Source of the DNA: a candidate division WOR-3 bacterium
Lineage (GTDB): Bacteria; Hydrothermota; Tepidihabitantia; Tepidihabitantales; Tepidihabitantaceae
Assembly: GCA_037441285.1 (NCBI GenBank)
Contig: JBBISL010000017.1
Location: 1-41,632, forward strand
Direction of reading: 5' to 3'
Length of the DNA stretch: 41,632 bases
The notes under the pieces were generated by a model that was not told the DNA's origin, ran no database searches, and saw only the letters and a list, made by a program, of their open reading frames with translations. Position numbers and translations under genes: made by a program. Positions 1 to 8,857 of the stretch are shown piece by piece (the first letter of the stretch is position 1; the number at the start of each line of letters is the position of its first letter).

Positions 1-9
1 CTAAATCTT

Positions 10-1176
10 TTAATCCACCTGAACAATCAGGCAGCGCAAATACTCCGACTCCGGGATCTGGGGCAGAACCGGATGGTCTGGTCCTTGCTGCGAACGGTCA
101 AGAATCACAAAGGTCCGACCCACCTCCTGTGCTGCCGCTGCAACCACATCCAGGAGGTCCTGCCAGAAAAGGTAATGCGAGCAGGAGGATGAAATTATGA
201 TGCCACCCCGGCTTAAGAGTTTCATCGCCAGCCGGTTCAACTTCAGGTAACCGGCAATACCGCTCTTTTTCTGCTTCTGCGCCTTGATGAACGCGGGCGG
301 GTCCAGGTTTATCAGTTCAAACCGCTCACCTTTCCGCAGTAAATCGCGCATATATTCGAACGCATCCGCCACGATAAATTCACACTTTTCCTCCACCCCA
401 TTGAGCCGGGCGTTGCGTTCGGCCAGGGCGCAAGCCTCCTGAGAAATGTCAACCGCCTTAACCTCCTTGGCACCACCCCAGGCGGCATTGATGGCAAACG
501 AACCGGTATAACAGAACACATCCAGCACCCGGCGGTTTTTTGCCAGTTTCCTCACCTTGAGCCGGGTCAGACGATGGTCAAAGAAGTAACCGGTTTTCTG
601 CCCAGCCGCGATGTTGACATAAAACCGCAAACCATTTTCCGAGATAATCAAATCGGGCTGCGGTGTGCCGTAGAGCAAACGCTCGCGGCGCTGTAGCCCT
701 TCCGGCTCACGCAGTTTGATATCGTCCTTTTCAAAAATTGCGGTCACCGCAAACAGGTCAAGGAGCGCCTGTGTCACCATATCCAATCGGTTGTCAAAAC
801 CTGCGGCATAGACCTGGACCGCAAAGTGCGAACCGTACTTGTCAATGACCAGTCCCGGTACCCAGTCACTTTCGCCGAACACCAGACGGAAGTCGTTCTC
901 CTCGGGCAGTTTCTTCTTGCGTCGTTGATATGCATGCTCCAGCCGTCGCCGTAAAAGGTTCTCGTCCAGCTCCTCATCTCGGGTTGAGTACAACCGAACC
1001 GTAATTAGAGAACGGGGATTATACATCCCGCAGCCGATGAACTTACCCCGGTCAAAAACCTTTACTAAATCACCCAGCACCGGATTCCCCTCAACGCGGG
1101 TAATCTCATTGGAAAATATCCAGAGATGGTCGGCGCGGTTGCGCTTTCTCGTGGCGTAGACCGTCTTAGTGGGCAC
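10..1176 (-). CDS. rlmI: Class I SAM-dependent rRNA methyltransferase, RlmI/YccW (23S m5C1962) family with N-terminal PUA domain
   Basis: Motifs HLWIFSNEI (PUA), GQKTG, LDVFCYTGSF (SAM binding), LDPPAF, SSCS, DHP...E.EYL. The ORF track starts at TTG 1200; GTG at 1176, overlapping the upstream stop, is the more likely start. Confidence 0.85.
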   Translation of the reverse strand: MPTKTVYATRKRNRADHLWIFSNEITRVEGNPVLGDLVKVFDRGKFIGCGMYNPRSLITVRLYSTRDEELDENLLRRRLEHAYQRRKKKLPEENDFRLVFGESDWVPGLVIDKYGSHFAVQVYAAGFDNRLDMVTQALLDLFAVTAIFEKDDIKLREPEGLQRRERLLYGTPQPDLIISENGLRFYVNIAAGQKTGYFFDHRLTRLKVRKLAKNRRVLDVFCYTGSFAINAAWGGAKEVKAVDISQEACALAERNARLNGVEEKCEFIVADAFEYMRDLLRKGERFELINLDPPAFIKAQKQKKSGIAGYLKLNRLAMKLLSRGGIIISSSCSHYLFWQDLLDVVAAAAQEVGRTFVILDRSQQGPDHPVLPQIPESEYLRCLIVQVD

Positions 1177-2806
1177 TTTCCGGCTCAGAGTGACAGGCAA
1201 CTACCGCTAACTGTCCAAGGTCATCCACGGTGTAGAGCACCCGATAAGGCACACCGGGCATCACCTGGCAATCGCACCGCCCGGGCAAAAGCACCAACTC
1301 GGGATTGGTTTCCGGAACAAGACCCTTTTCACTCCAGACAAATGTTGTCGGCTCCGAAACGAACATCGGCTGCGGGTTACCTTCGCCAAAAGGCGCCAGT
1401 TTTACCAACTCCCGCTCAAATTTACTCAGGGGCAAAAAACCATCGGCAACCAGCACCGACTCTCGGACAATTTTCGGGGCAAAATTGGTGTGGGCAAAAC
1501 GTTCTGCCGCCCGAATGAACTCAGCGACATTCTCCTCCTTGATGGAAAACCCTGCCGCCTTCTTGTGCCCGCCATAGTCGATAAAGTAGTTACGCATCGC
1601 CCGCAACAACTCCATTAAATCAACGCCCTCCATCCCGCGACATTCACCAACCCAGGCGTCACCGCGCCAGCCGATAACAATTGCCGGCACCCCGTACCTT
1701 TCCCGTAACCGGGCCGCACTGAACCCCAGTGCCCGTAAAGAAAGGCCCGGGTGTTGCACGAACAGTATCCCGTCGCCGAGCCGCACATTTTCACTTGCCA
1801 GGGCAAATGTTTTCTCCGCCTCCTCGCGCCACGCCTGACTGTGCGCCACCAGCTCCTTAACCCACGCTTCGGCAACCGCCGGGTCCTGGTCAAGAAAATG
1901 TCTTACACCCTCGCCCCCATTCGCTGAGGCAAACAGGGGCAAAAGTTCGGCAAGAAATCCGCTCACCGTGAAACCCTGTGGTGGAAAGTTTATCGACTGC
2001 AGCACCGCGCGCACTGCCGGAATGTTTGTCTTCTCCATCTGTCGCAACCCCAGTGTTACCAGCACCCGATTCTCACCGGTAAGTGGCGCCCGGTCCGCAA
2101 TCGTTCCGAGCGTTGTCAAAACCAGCGCATCCGGATAGACCGAAAAAAACTCCTCGCGGGAAAAACTTAGTTTCTCCTGTACCAGACCCATCGCCAGTTT
2201 CAGCGCCACGCCAACCCCGGTCAGATTAGGATAAGGGTAGTCGGAATCCGTACGCTTGGGGTCAACCGCGGCAACCGCACCGGGCAATGGGTCAATTACC
2301 TCATGATGGTCGGTAACCACCACATCAACCCCGCGCCTCTTCAACTCGGCAACATCCTGATAGTTTGTTATCCCGCAATCAACCGTAATTATCAGCCGGA
2401 CATCGCTTGCCGCGCCCCCTTCAACAAACCGATAGTCAAGCCCGTGTTTGTCTCTGCCTTTAACCGGGATATAATAGCGCGCCTTCGCCTGAAGCCCGCT
2501 CAATACCTGATAGAGCAAAACCGTCGCGGTAATCCCATCAAGGTCGTCATGCCCCCAGATGAGAACCGGCTCCCTGTTTTCTATCGCCCGAAAAATCCGG
2601 TCCCGTGCCGGTTCGAAATCGGGCAAAAGTTCTGGAGGATGGAGATGGGAAAAATTCGGATTGAGCCACTCCTCCGCATCGGTTCGGTTCTTTACTTCCC
2701 GCAGCACCAGCAGTCGGGCAAGCGGTTCGGAAACCCTAAGTTCCTCAACAAGAGCCTTTACCCGCTCCTCATCCACCGGTTTAACTGGCCAGACCGTTCT
2801 ACTCAT
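1166..2806 (-). CDS. Divergent RecJ-like DHH/DHHA1 phosphoesterase
   Basis: RecJ-like N-terminus (LHPPELLPD), GHDDLDG (motif I variant), TVDCG, TDHH, GTIAD, YGGHKKAAG, LAPFGEGNPQP; shortened C-terminus. ATG 2806 preceded by GGGGTG. Confidence 0.85.
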   Translation of the reverse strand: MSRTVWPVKPVDEERVKALVEELRVSEPLARLLVLREVKNRTDAEEWLNPNFSHLHPPELLPDFEPARDRIFRAIENREPVLIWGHDDLDGITATVLLYQVLSGLQAKARYYIPVKGRDKHGLDYRFVEGGAASDVRLIITVDCGITNYQDVAELKRRGVDVVVTDHHEVIDPLPGAVAAVDPKRTDSDYPYPNLTGVGVALKLAMGLVQEKLSFSREEFFSVYPDALVLTTLGTIADRAPLTGENRVLVTLGLRQMEKTNIPAVRAVLQSINFPPQGFTVSGFLAELLPLFASANGGEGVRHFLDQDPAVAEAWVKELVAHSQAWREEAEKTFALASENVRLGDGILFVQHPGLSLRALGFSAARLRERYGVPAIVIGWRGDAWVGECRGMEGVDLMELLRAMRNYFIDYGGHKKAAGFSIKEENVAEFIRAAERFAHTNFAPKIVRESVLVADGFLPLSKFERELVKLAPFGEGNPQPMFVSEPTTFVWSEKGLVPETNPELVLLPGRCDCQVMPGVPYRVLYTVDDLGQLAVVACHSEPESAH

Positions 2807-2814
2807 CACCCCGG

Positions 2815-4365
2815 TCAATGGTCAATTAACACAATTCGGCCCTCAACCTGGGCATCAACCGGCGAATGGCGCCGAATATAGTCGGCGATAACATCGCGCA
2901 GCGGCAGATAACTGTCCTCAATATCCTGACCCTCAGCAAAAACCCGATAATCGCCACTGCCTGCGGCAAGATACGAATTGGTCGCCACACTGTAAACCCG
3001 ATTACTGTCCAAAGGTTCTCCATTGACCAGCACCGAAATTACCCGCTCGCCAATCGGTTTCCGCTTTGTGTAGCGCATCTTTATCCCGGAAACCTGAAAT
3101 ATCGCATGGTGCCCGTTCACCGAAACCTCCAGCATCTCTTTCACCTGCTTTCCGGTCCACTTTCCGGTGACCACGGTATTGCCAAAAACATCAACCTGAT
3201 AGATGTGCCGATAGGTAACTGGACCGGCTGGAATGTTTGCCCTGATGCCGGCAGAGTTGTGGATTGCGATATCGGCATTGAACCGCTCGCGCATCGCATC
3301 GGTAATCAGATTGCCCGCGGGCGTTTCAATAAACCCACCCCGGGTCAACTCCCGTTTACAGTAGCCTAAAACCTCATCAAACCCCTTTTCCGCTACCGCC
3401 CGCACCGAGTCAAGATGCCGGGCGTAACTCATATCCCGGCGAATCTCGTCGCCTAACAGGTCAATCAGTTTCCCCTGATAACCAACAATCTGTCGGGTTT
3501 TAAGGTCAAAACTGATGTCCAGCACTCCGACCGTACTCAACTTTGAATACGCCTGCTGGATAATCGTGTGATTCTTCGGACTCTCGTAAGGCGGTTCCAC
3601 ACCGGTGTGGCTATGCGCGCCAATGATGATGTCAACTCCCGGGACCGAATCGGCAAACCGCTGGTCATGGGTATAGCCGATGTGATTCAGAGCAACCACA
3701 ATATCCGCCCCCTGCTCCCGCAGCCGTTTCACCTCCTGCCGGGCAACTTCGTAATAGGGCAACACCGTCAGATTGCCAATCAAAGAGTCGTTGACCATTC
3801 CGGAGAGGTACTCGGTCAAAACGCCCATAAGGCCAATTTTCACCCCGCCCCGTTCAAAAATTGTACTCCGCACCAGAAAACCGGGTGCGGTATCAGTCCC
3901 CCTGACCCGCACATTCGTCGCAACCCAGGGGATATGAGAACTGTCAACCAGCTCTTTTAGAACCCACCAGCCCATATCAAAGTCGTGGTTGCCGGGTGCA
4001 ACCGCATCGTAACCTGCCCGCCGGAAAAAGTCCACCACCGCCTGACCCCGGGTAAAGTCGCCAACCGGTGTGCCCTTGAATATATCACCCCCATCAACGA
4101 GCAAAAACCCATACCGGTGCTGCATTGCCGAATCCCGCAACTCCCTAATCATCGTCATCGCGCCACTGGCATTGGCAAGGGGTGGCGGAAAATTTTTATC
4201 CAGCCAGTACGCCTCGCCCGGTAAAAGGGCACCGTGAATGTCGTTGGTGTGGACGATAAATATGTGTGTCTTTTGGAGGGTGTACTGAACCTGGCTGAAT
4301 CCAGAAGCAACTAAGATTAAGAAAAGACCTATCCCCGGCAAAACCGTGCGCCGCTTAAAACTCAT
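2815..4365 (-). CDS. Secreted bifunctional metallophosphoesterase / 5'-nucleotidase (UshA/CpdB-like)
   Basis: Signal peptide MSFKRRTVLPGIGLFLILVASGFS; calcineurin-like motifs HTNDIHG, DGGD, GNHDFD, GAHSH; C-terminal 5'-nucleotidase domain (ETPAGNLITDAMR, NSAGIR, FGN). ATG 4365 overlaps the upstream stop. Confidence 0.9.
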   Translation of the reverse strand: MSFKRRTVLPGIGLFLILVASGFSQVQYTLQKTHIFIVHTNDIHGALLPGEAYWLDKNFPPPLANASGAMTMIRELRDSAMQHRYGFLLVDGGDIFKGTPVGDFTRGQAVVDFFRRAGYDAVAPGNHDFDMGWWVLKELVDSSHIPWVATNVRVRGTDTAPGFLVRSTIFERGGVKIGLMGVLTEYLSGMVNDSLIGNLTVLPYYEVARQEVKRLREQGADIVVALNHIGYTHDQRFADSVPGVDIIIGAHSHTGVEPPYESPKNHTIIQQAYSKLSTVGVLDISFDLKTRQIVGYQGKLIDLLGDEIRRDMSYARHLDSVRAVAEKGFDEVLGYCKRELTRGGFIETPAGNLITDAMRERFNADIAIHNSAGIRANIPAGPVTYRHIYQVDVFGNTVVTGKWTGKQVKEMLEVSVNGHHAIFQVSGIKMRYTKRKPIGERVISVLVNGEPLDSNRVYSVATNSYLAAGSGDYRVFAEGQDIEDSYLPLRDVIADYIRRHSPVDAQVEGRIVLIDH

Positions 4366-5506
4366 ACTCGACACCGGTTCGCAAATTGAACCCCGTCTCA
4401 TACGCTCGAAAATCAGCCGGCTCAGGCATTAAGACAAAGTCGCTGCTGTTGACTTCCTCCCGGTTCAAATTACCGTCAACATTTATCCGATATCTACCCG
4501 CATTAAAGCCCAGCCCGAACAGCGCCTCAACCCGATGCACCGTAGGTTCGGCACACAAGGGACTCAGACCAAACCCGTAACGCAGCCGGACCAGATTCAG
4601 CATGATATGTTCAACTGTTGTTTGAACAAAAATCACATTGTGTAAGCCGGTGGCGACTTCAGCCCAGGCTTCGGTACCGACAACCAGTTTAACCTGGGAT
4701 GGCAGTTGCCCTGGTGCCTGATAGTTCAACTCAACCTGTCCTTTCCAGGGATAACCCTTAAGGCTAAGACTGTCCGGACTGTTGAAACGCAACCGACTCT
4801 GGTAACTCAACCCAACACTGAACCGCGCCAGCGGCGCTACCGTTAAGCCGGCGTTCCAGCCCAGACCTTTTATTCCGCTCTTGATGACAAAACTGTAGGT
4901 ATCAGGCTCCTGAACCCTCTGAAAATTAAGTTCTCGCTCACCCCAGGCGTAGCAAAATCCCGCGCCGAGCGCAATAAACCTTACCGGTTTAACCGCCGCC
5001 GCAATATTACCCGAATAAAGAAACCCGCGCTGCTCCAATCGGTCTTCACCAATTTTAACATAAAACTCGTCCCGGTACTCCTTCAAATAGGTGTAATGGA
5101 AGTCTCGCACCGGTGCCAGCCCCGCCCCCAGCGCAAATCGCTGAAACGGGTAAACAATTGAAACTGGACCCGGCACCCAGTTGAAACCCAGATTGTCCGC
5201 AATCACCGCCTCACCAATCGTATTCTCAAACTGGTCATACACATGGCGCACCCGCTGCTCTGATGCACACCTCAAACCCCAGTTGACACTGAGCCGGGGC
5301 GACAAGGGTTGTAAGATTTCCCCGCCCTTGATAGAAGGGAAAAAAGGTGAGGGTGTTAATAAATCTGCCGGGTTCAGGAAAACCCCATCCGGAACTGGGT
5401 TTAACCACTCACCGAGATAGTCCCTCATCGGAATGGACGGTTCGGCAAAACCGACCATTGCCAAAACCGCAACTAAACACCTTCTCTGCCAATTTACTTT
5501 CATCAA
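4355..5506 (-). CDS. Outer-membrane beta-barrel protein, FadL/OmpP1-like
   Basis: Signal peptide; FLNPADL resembles the FadL-family NPA motif; amphipathic beta strands; C-terminal beta-signal GVEYEF. Confidence 0.65.
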   Translation of the reverse strand: MMKVNWQRRCLVAVLAMVGFAEPSIPMRDYLGEWLNPVPDGVFLNPADLLTPSPFFPSIKGGEILQPLSPRLSVNWGLRCASEQRVRHVYDQFENTIGEAVIADNLGFNWVPGPVSIVYPFQRFALGAGLAPVRDFHYTYLKEYRDEFYVKIGEDRLEQRGFLYSGNIAAAVKPVRFIALGAGFCYAWGERELNFQRVQEPDTYSFVIKSGIKGLGWNAGLTVAPLARFSVGLSYQSRLRFNSPDSLSLKGYPWKGQVELNYQAPGQLPSQVKLVVGTEAWAEVATGLHNVIFVQTTVEHIMLNLVRLRYGFGLSPLCAEPTVHRVEALFGLGFNAGRYRINVDGNLNREEVNSSDFVLMPEPADFRAYETGFNLRTGVEYEF

Positions 5507-5516
5507 ATTTCACCCC

Positions 5517-7892
5517 CTACCATAAAAAGTCCAACTGCAAACTGACATTAAACCGACTTTCCCGGCTAACAAAATCGGAAACCGGCGTGCCATCACCATA
5601 ATGGACACCCTCATTGTTCGCAAGTCCAGTATGAGGGAAGTCGCTTATCTTGTGCCGGAACTTCAAATAAAAAAGCAGGTTATCAGAAATCTGGTCGGTC
5701 AGTGCCAGATACCACTTAAACCCCTGCCCATCAACAAAGTCAATGGTGTTGTCTTCAAACAGCCACTCCGACATTCCAGCACTGCGCCAGGTGGCAACGC
5801 CCAGTTCCCCGTTGAAACTGGAAGAGAAGTTGTGCTCCCACTGCACCGCGATAAAATCGCCATTGATACTCGCCTCATCGTTGTACTCCAGAGTCGGCGT
5901 AAGCACCGTTCGGCCCGAGCGCACCTCGGTTGTCAGGTAGTCCCAGTTGGAAAGCGCAAGCATCGCCCGCAGGGTTGATTCAAGAGAGAGGGAATGAGTC
6001 GGCACCGCCGGCTTGGGATTTTCCCGCAGCTGCACCTTCTGCTTGAACCGCAGCCGCACGCCGAAAACCGGCCGATACTCCATTTCGGCTTGAAACCGGC
6101 AGTTGTCACTACCCCAGGCAAGGTTGCGCCAGAGGTCAAGATAAGCCCGGGTAATGGTAACCGCGCGCGAAATCTGATACCGGGTCTCAACCATCACACC
6201 CTCTTCTGCTTTGGGCATCGGAAAGTCCTGCAATGCGGCAAAAGCCGGGTCAATTAGCCGATAAGGCTTCTCTAAGGTCGTATTTTCAAACCGCAACTCC
6301 TCGCAATAACCGCGATTGTAATGATTGACATAGTTCACATCGTAATGACGGTAAAGGACATTGACATAGAGATAGTCGTACTGGGTGCGCGCTTTAAGTA
6401 AATAAGCGTTGCCGCCGCGCTGTTGTCGGGCAAATTCGCCCTCAAGGGAAAAGTTTTCAACCGCCGTTCGAAAGTCGGCGCCATAAAACATCCTTGTTCT
6501 ACCCGTATCCAGCTGCAGGTAATTGGGGTCGTCAAGGATTTCGGCATCACCGGGCAGGTCAAGGAATCGTGCCTCAGGTCGAAAATTCCGGCTCACCTGG
6601 CTGGACAAAACCGATGTCCCGATTCTTGTTCCAACTGGCAGAAAGCCCAATCCCGATAAATCGAACCTGAAACTGCCACCGGTACTCGTCTCCTGCAAAG
6701 CATCCTTAAAAGTGGGGTAGCGCGGATTGGAAACAATGAACCAGTTCACGCTACTATCCGGATTGACAATCGCATCCCGATTTGCCCGGGAAAAGAACCC
6801 AAGAAACCCGGCTCGGCCCAGACGAACCTTACCCGCGGCGCCCCGCATACCAAAACCCGGGTTTTCGTTCAAATCACCAAAAAGCCCTTCGGTGCGATTG
6901 GAAACCCGGGGTAAAAGTTCAGAGTTGTTGTCGAGCAAAATCCCCTGGCCCAGTGCCAGCCGGTAATCACCAACCAGCAACCTTTCCACCAGCCCTAACC
7001 CATCAACTGTCAGATAACCTTTTATATCACTAATCGCCCTCGGCTCATAAAAGTTCTGTTCCAGCCAGCCGGCAACACGCAACTTCTCACCCAGGCGCAA
7101 CCGCAACCGGTGGCTTGCCACCGCATCATTCCTCATTTGCTCACGATAGGAACTTTCGGTATTGAGTTGCTGTCGGAAAAACTCAATCTCCTCATTGGTA
7201 TATCCCGCCTGCCGGAATTCGGCGGTATCGGTCGCAAGGGTTTTAAGCGCCGCGGCAAAATCGCTGGGCTCAGCAACCACATCCCAACCCGGGTCAGTGG
7301 CAAACTTTATCCGGTAGTTACCACCCCATCGGTCACGAGGCGCACGGTCGGTAAAACTCACATAATTCCTCATCCCTCGATAACCATAGGTCGACAACCC
7401 ATCAACCCTGCTGGCAAGGTCGCGCCGGCTCTCAATTTTGCCGCCCCCTTTCAGGTACTTAATTACCGCCACCGCATCCACGAGCGACACATTCTCCAGC
7501 CTCAACAAATCGTCAACCGTTGCCCGATTGATGTTCAACGGGTCAACCAAAAGGTCCTGCCAGTCTTCAACAACCGCTTTACTCGGACCATCCTCACTTG
7601 CCAGTCGGCGCTGAATACGCAGCAGGTTTTCCTCCTGAAGTTCCTCCCAGTCACGCCGGCTGATGTAAATTAATGGTTTCAACTCCTTCAGTTTCTCGGG
7701 CGTAATGCCGGGGATTTTCAAAAGGTCATAGATGCTGTTCAGCCGTCCATAAATCCAGAGATATTCATAAATCTTTTGCGCCGTAATTGAATCCACCGGC
7801 AACTGCCGGATTTCTTCAAAACCGGCGTTGTTGATATCCAGCGGCTTATCAGGCGAAAATATTGAAATCCAGAAAATAAACGCCCAGACCAT
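5517..7892 (-). CDS. Outer-membrane protein with two ComEA-like helix-hairpin-helix DNA-binding units and a C-terminal beta-barrel
   Basis: Hydrophobic N-terminus; LDINNA...DLLKIPGIT and LNINRAT.DDLLRLENV...RVDGL match ComEA-type HhH repeats; long amphipathic beta region ending in LQLDFLW. Confidence 0.75.
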   Translation of the reverse strand: MVWAFIFWISIFSPDKPLDINNAGFEEIRQLPVDSITAQKIYEYLWIYGRLNSIYDLLKIPGITPEKLKELKPLIYISRRDWEELQEENLLRIQRRLASEDGPSKAVVEDWQDLLVDPLNINRATVDDLLRLENVSLVDAVAVIKYLKGGGKIESRRDLASRVDGLSTYGYRGMRNYVSFTDRAPRDRWGGNYRIKFATDPGWDVVAEPSDFAAALKTLATDTAEFRQAGYTNEEIEFFRQQLNTESSYREQMRNDAVASHRLRLRLGEKLRVAGWLEQNFYEPRAISDIKGYLTVDGLGLVERLLVGDYRLALGQGILLDNNSELLPRVSNRTEGLFGDLNENPGFGMRGAAGKVRLGRAGFLGFFSRANRDAIVNPDSSVNWFIVSNPRYPTFKDALQETSTGGSFRFDLSGLGFLPVGTRIGTSVLSSQVSRNFRPEARFLDLPGDAEILDDPNYLQLDTGRTRMFYGADFRTAVENFSLEGEFARQQRGGNAYLLKARTQYDYLYVNVLYRHYDVNYVNHYNRGYCEELRFENTTLEKPYRLIDPAFAALQDFPMPKAEEGVMVETRYQISRAVTITRAYLDLWRNLAWGSDNCRFQAEMEYRPVFGVRLRFKQKVQLRENPKPAVPTHSLSLESTLRAMLALSNWDYLTTEVRSGRTVLTPTLEYNDEASINGDFIAVQWEHNFSSSFNGELGVATWRSAGMSEWLFEDNTIDFVDGQGFKWYLALTDQISDNLLFYLKFRHKISDFPHTGLANNEGVHYGDGTPVSDFVSRESRFNVSLQLDFLW

Positions 7893-7897
7893 CAGTG

Positions 7898-8719
7898 CTA
7901 AAATTTCACCAGCACCCCGAAGTTGTGCGTCAAGGGTAAAACCGGATGGGTCTTGAGCGCATAATCAACCCGGACCCGCTCCACGCCACTGCCCAAACCG
8001 AAAGAAAAACTAACCGGTTCAGTACTGGCACCGGCGCGCAGCGTCAGATATTGGGGAATAATTTCAAACTCCTGGCCTAAGGCAATTCTGGTCCGCATTC
8101 CCGGTTCTTTGGAAAACCCTAAAGTTGAATGAATCCCCGGGGTTGGAGAAAAACCCAGTCCAAACGCCAGAACCCGGGGGAGTTCCGACTCGCCAATTCG
8201 GGGCAAATTTATATTGTGGACATAAAAACCCGCGCTCCAGAACCGGTGCACCCTTGCAAACATCCCCAAGTCCAGACCTGCGGTCCAGCCCTGACCGTAA
8301 TCCTTTTGGGACAGGTTGTAACCGTTGAGTCCGTAACCAAAAAATATCCCTTCTGCCAGTTCAAAACCGTGCGCCAGTTTTATTGACCGTTGTGATTGCA
8401 GGAAAAAACCGGTCTCCTGCACCCGAAGACCAAAAGTCCCTAACCGTTTAATTGGTATGCCAATCCCGGCGTAAACTGTGTGCAAACCGACATCAACCCC
8501 GCTGTAAAGCAACTTATAAAACCCCTCAAACTGCCGTTCCTGCACCTGTGCCAGACCCGCGGGATTAAAATCAATCGCACTAATGTCATCAGCCAGCGCC
8601 CAGAAAGCACCACCCATACCTTCGGCACGCACCCCGGAACCATCGTCTTCAAAAATCGCATACCCCGAAGAAAAAAGAACCGCCCAAACTATGAGCAACA
8701 AAGGAAAATTTGCCTTCAT
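7898..8719 (-). CDS. PorV/PorQ (FadL-superfamily) outer-membrane beta-barrel protein
   Basis: Signal peptide followed by the family signature GVRAEGMGGAFWALADDISAIDFNPAGLA; RVDYA...THNFG; terminal Phe. Confidence 0.8.
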   Translation of the reverse strand: MKANFPLLLIVWAVLFSSGYAIFEDDGSGVRAEGMGGAFWALADDISAIDFNPAGLAQVQERQFEGFYKLLYSGVDVGLHTVYAGIGIPIKRLGTFGLRVQETGFFLQSQRSIKLAHGFELAEGIFFGYGLNGYNLSQKDYGQGWTAGLDLGMFARVHRFWSAGFYVHNINLPRIGESELPRVLAFGLGFSPTPGIHSTLGFSKEPGMRTRIALGQEFEIIPQYLTLRAGASTEPVSFSFGLGSGVERVRVDYALKTHPVLPLTHNFGVLVKF

Positions 8720-8727
8720 TAAAGTTC

Positions 8728-8755
8728 ATTCTATCCCGCCTGATTATTCAGTCAA
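8728..8755 (-). promoter_or_regulatory. sigma70-type promoter TTGACT-16-TAGAAT, 8 nt upstream of ATG 8719 (probably leaderless)
   Basis: Minus strand reads TTGACTgaataatcaggcgggaTAGAATgaactttaATG; no Shine-Dalgarno. Confidence 0.7.
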
Positions 8756-8857
8756 GTTAAAGTTCTAAAGATATTATTTGAGGACGCATCGGGCTGATTA
8801 AAGAATATCGTGTTAGCCCTGGCGCTGCGCTAAAAAAAAGTTAAGGCGCCCTTTTTG

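Noticed and set aside
8815..8856. Possible terminator between the split barrel gene and the next operon
   Set aside because: The GGCGC...GCGCC pairing is short and interrupted, and the U-tract is not placed correctly for the minus strand.
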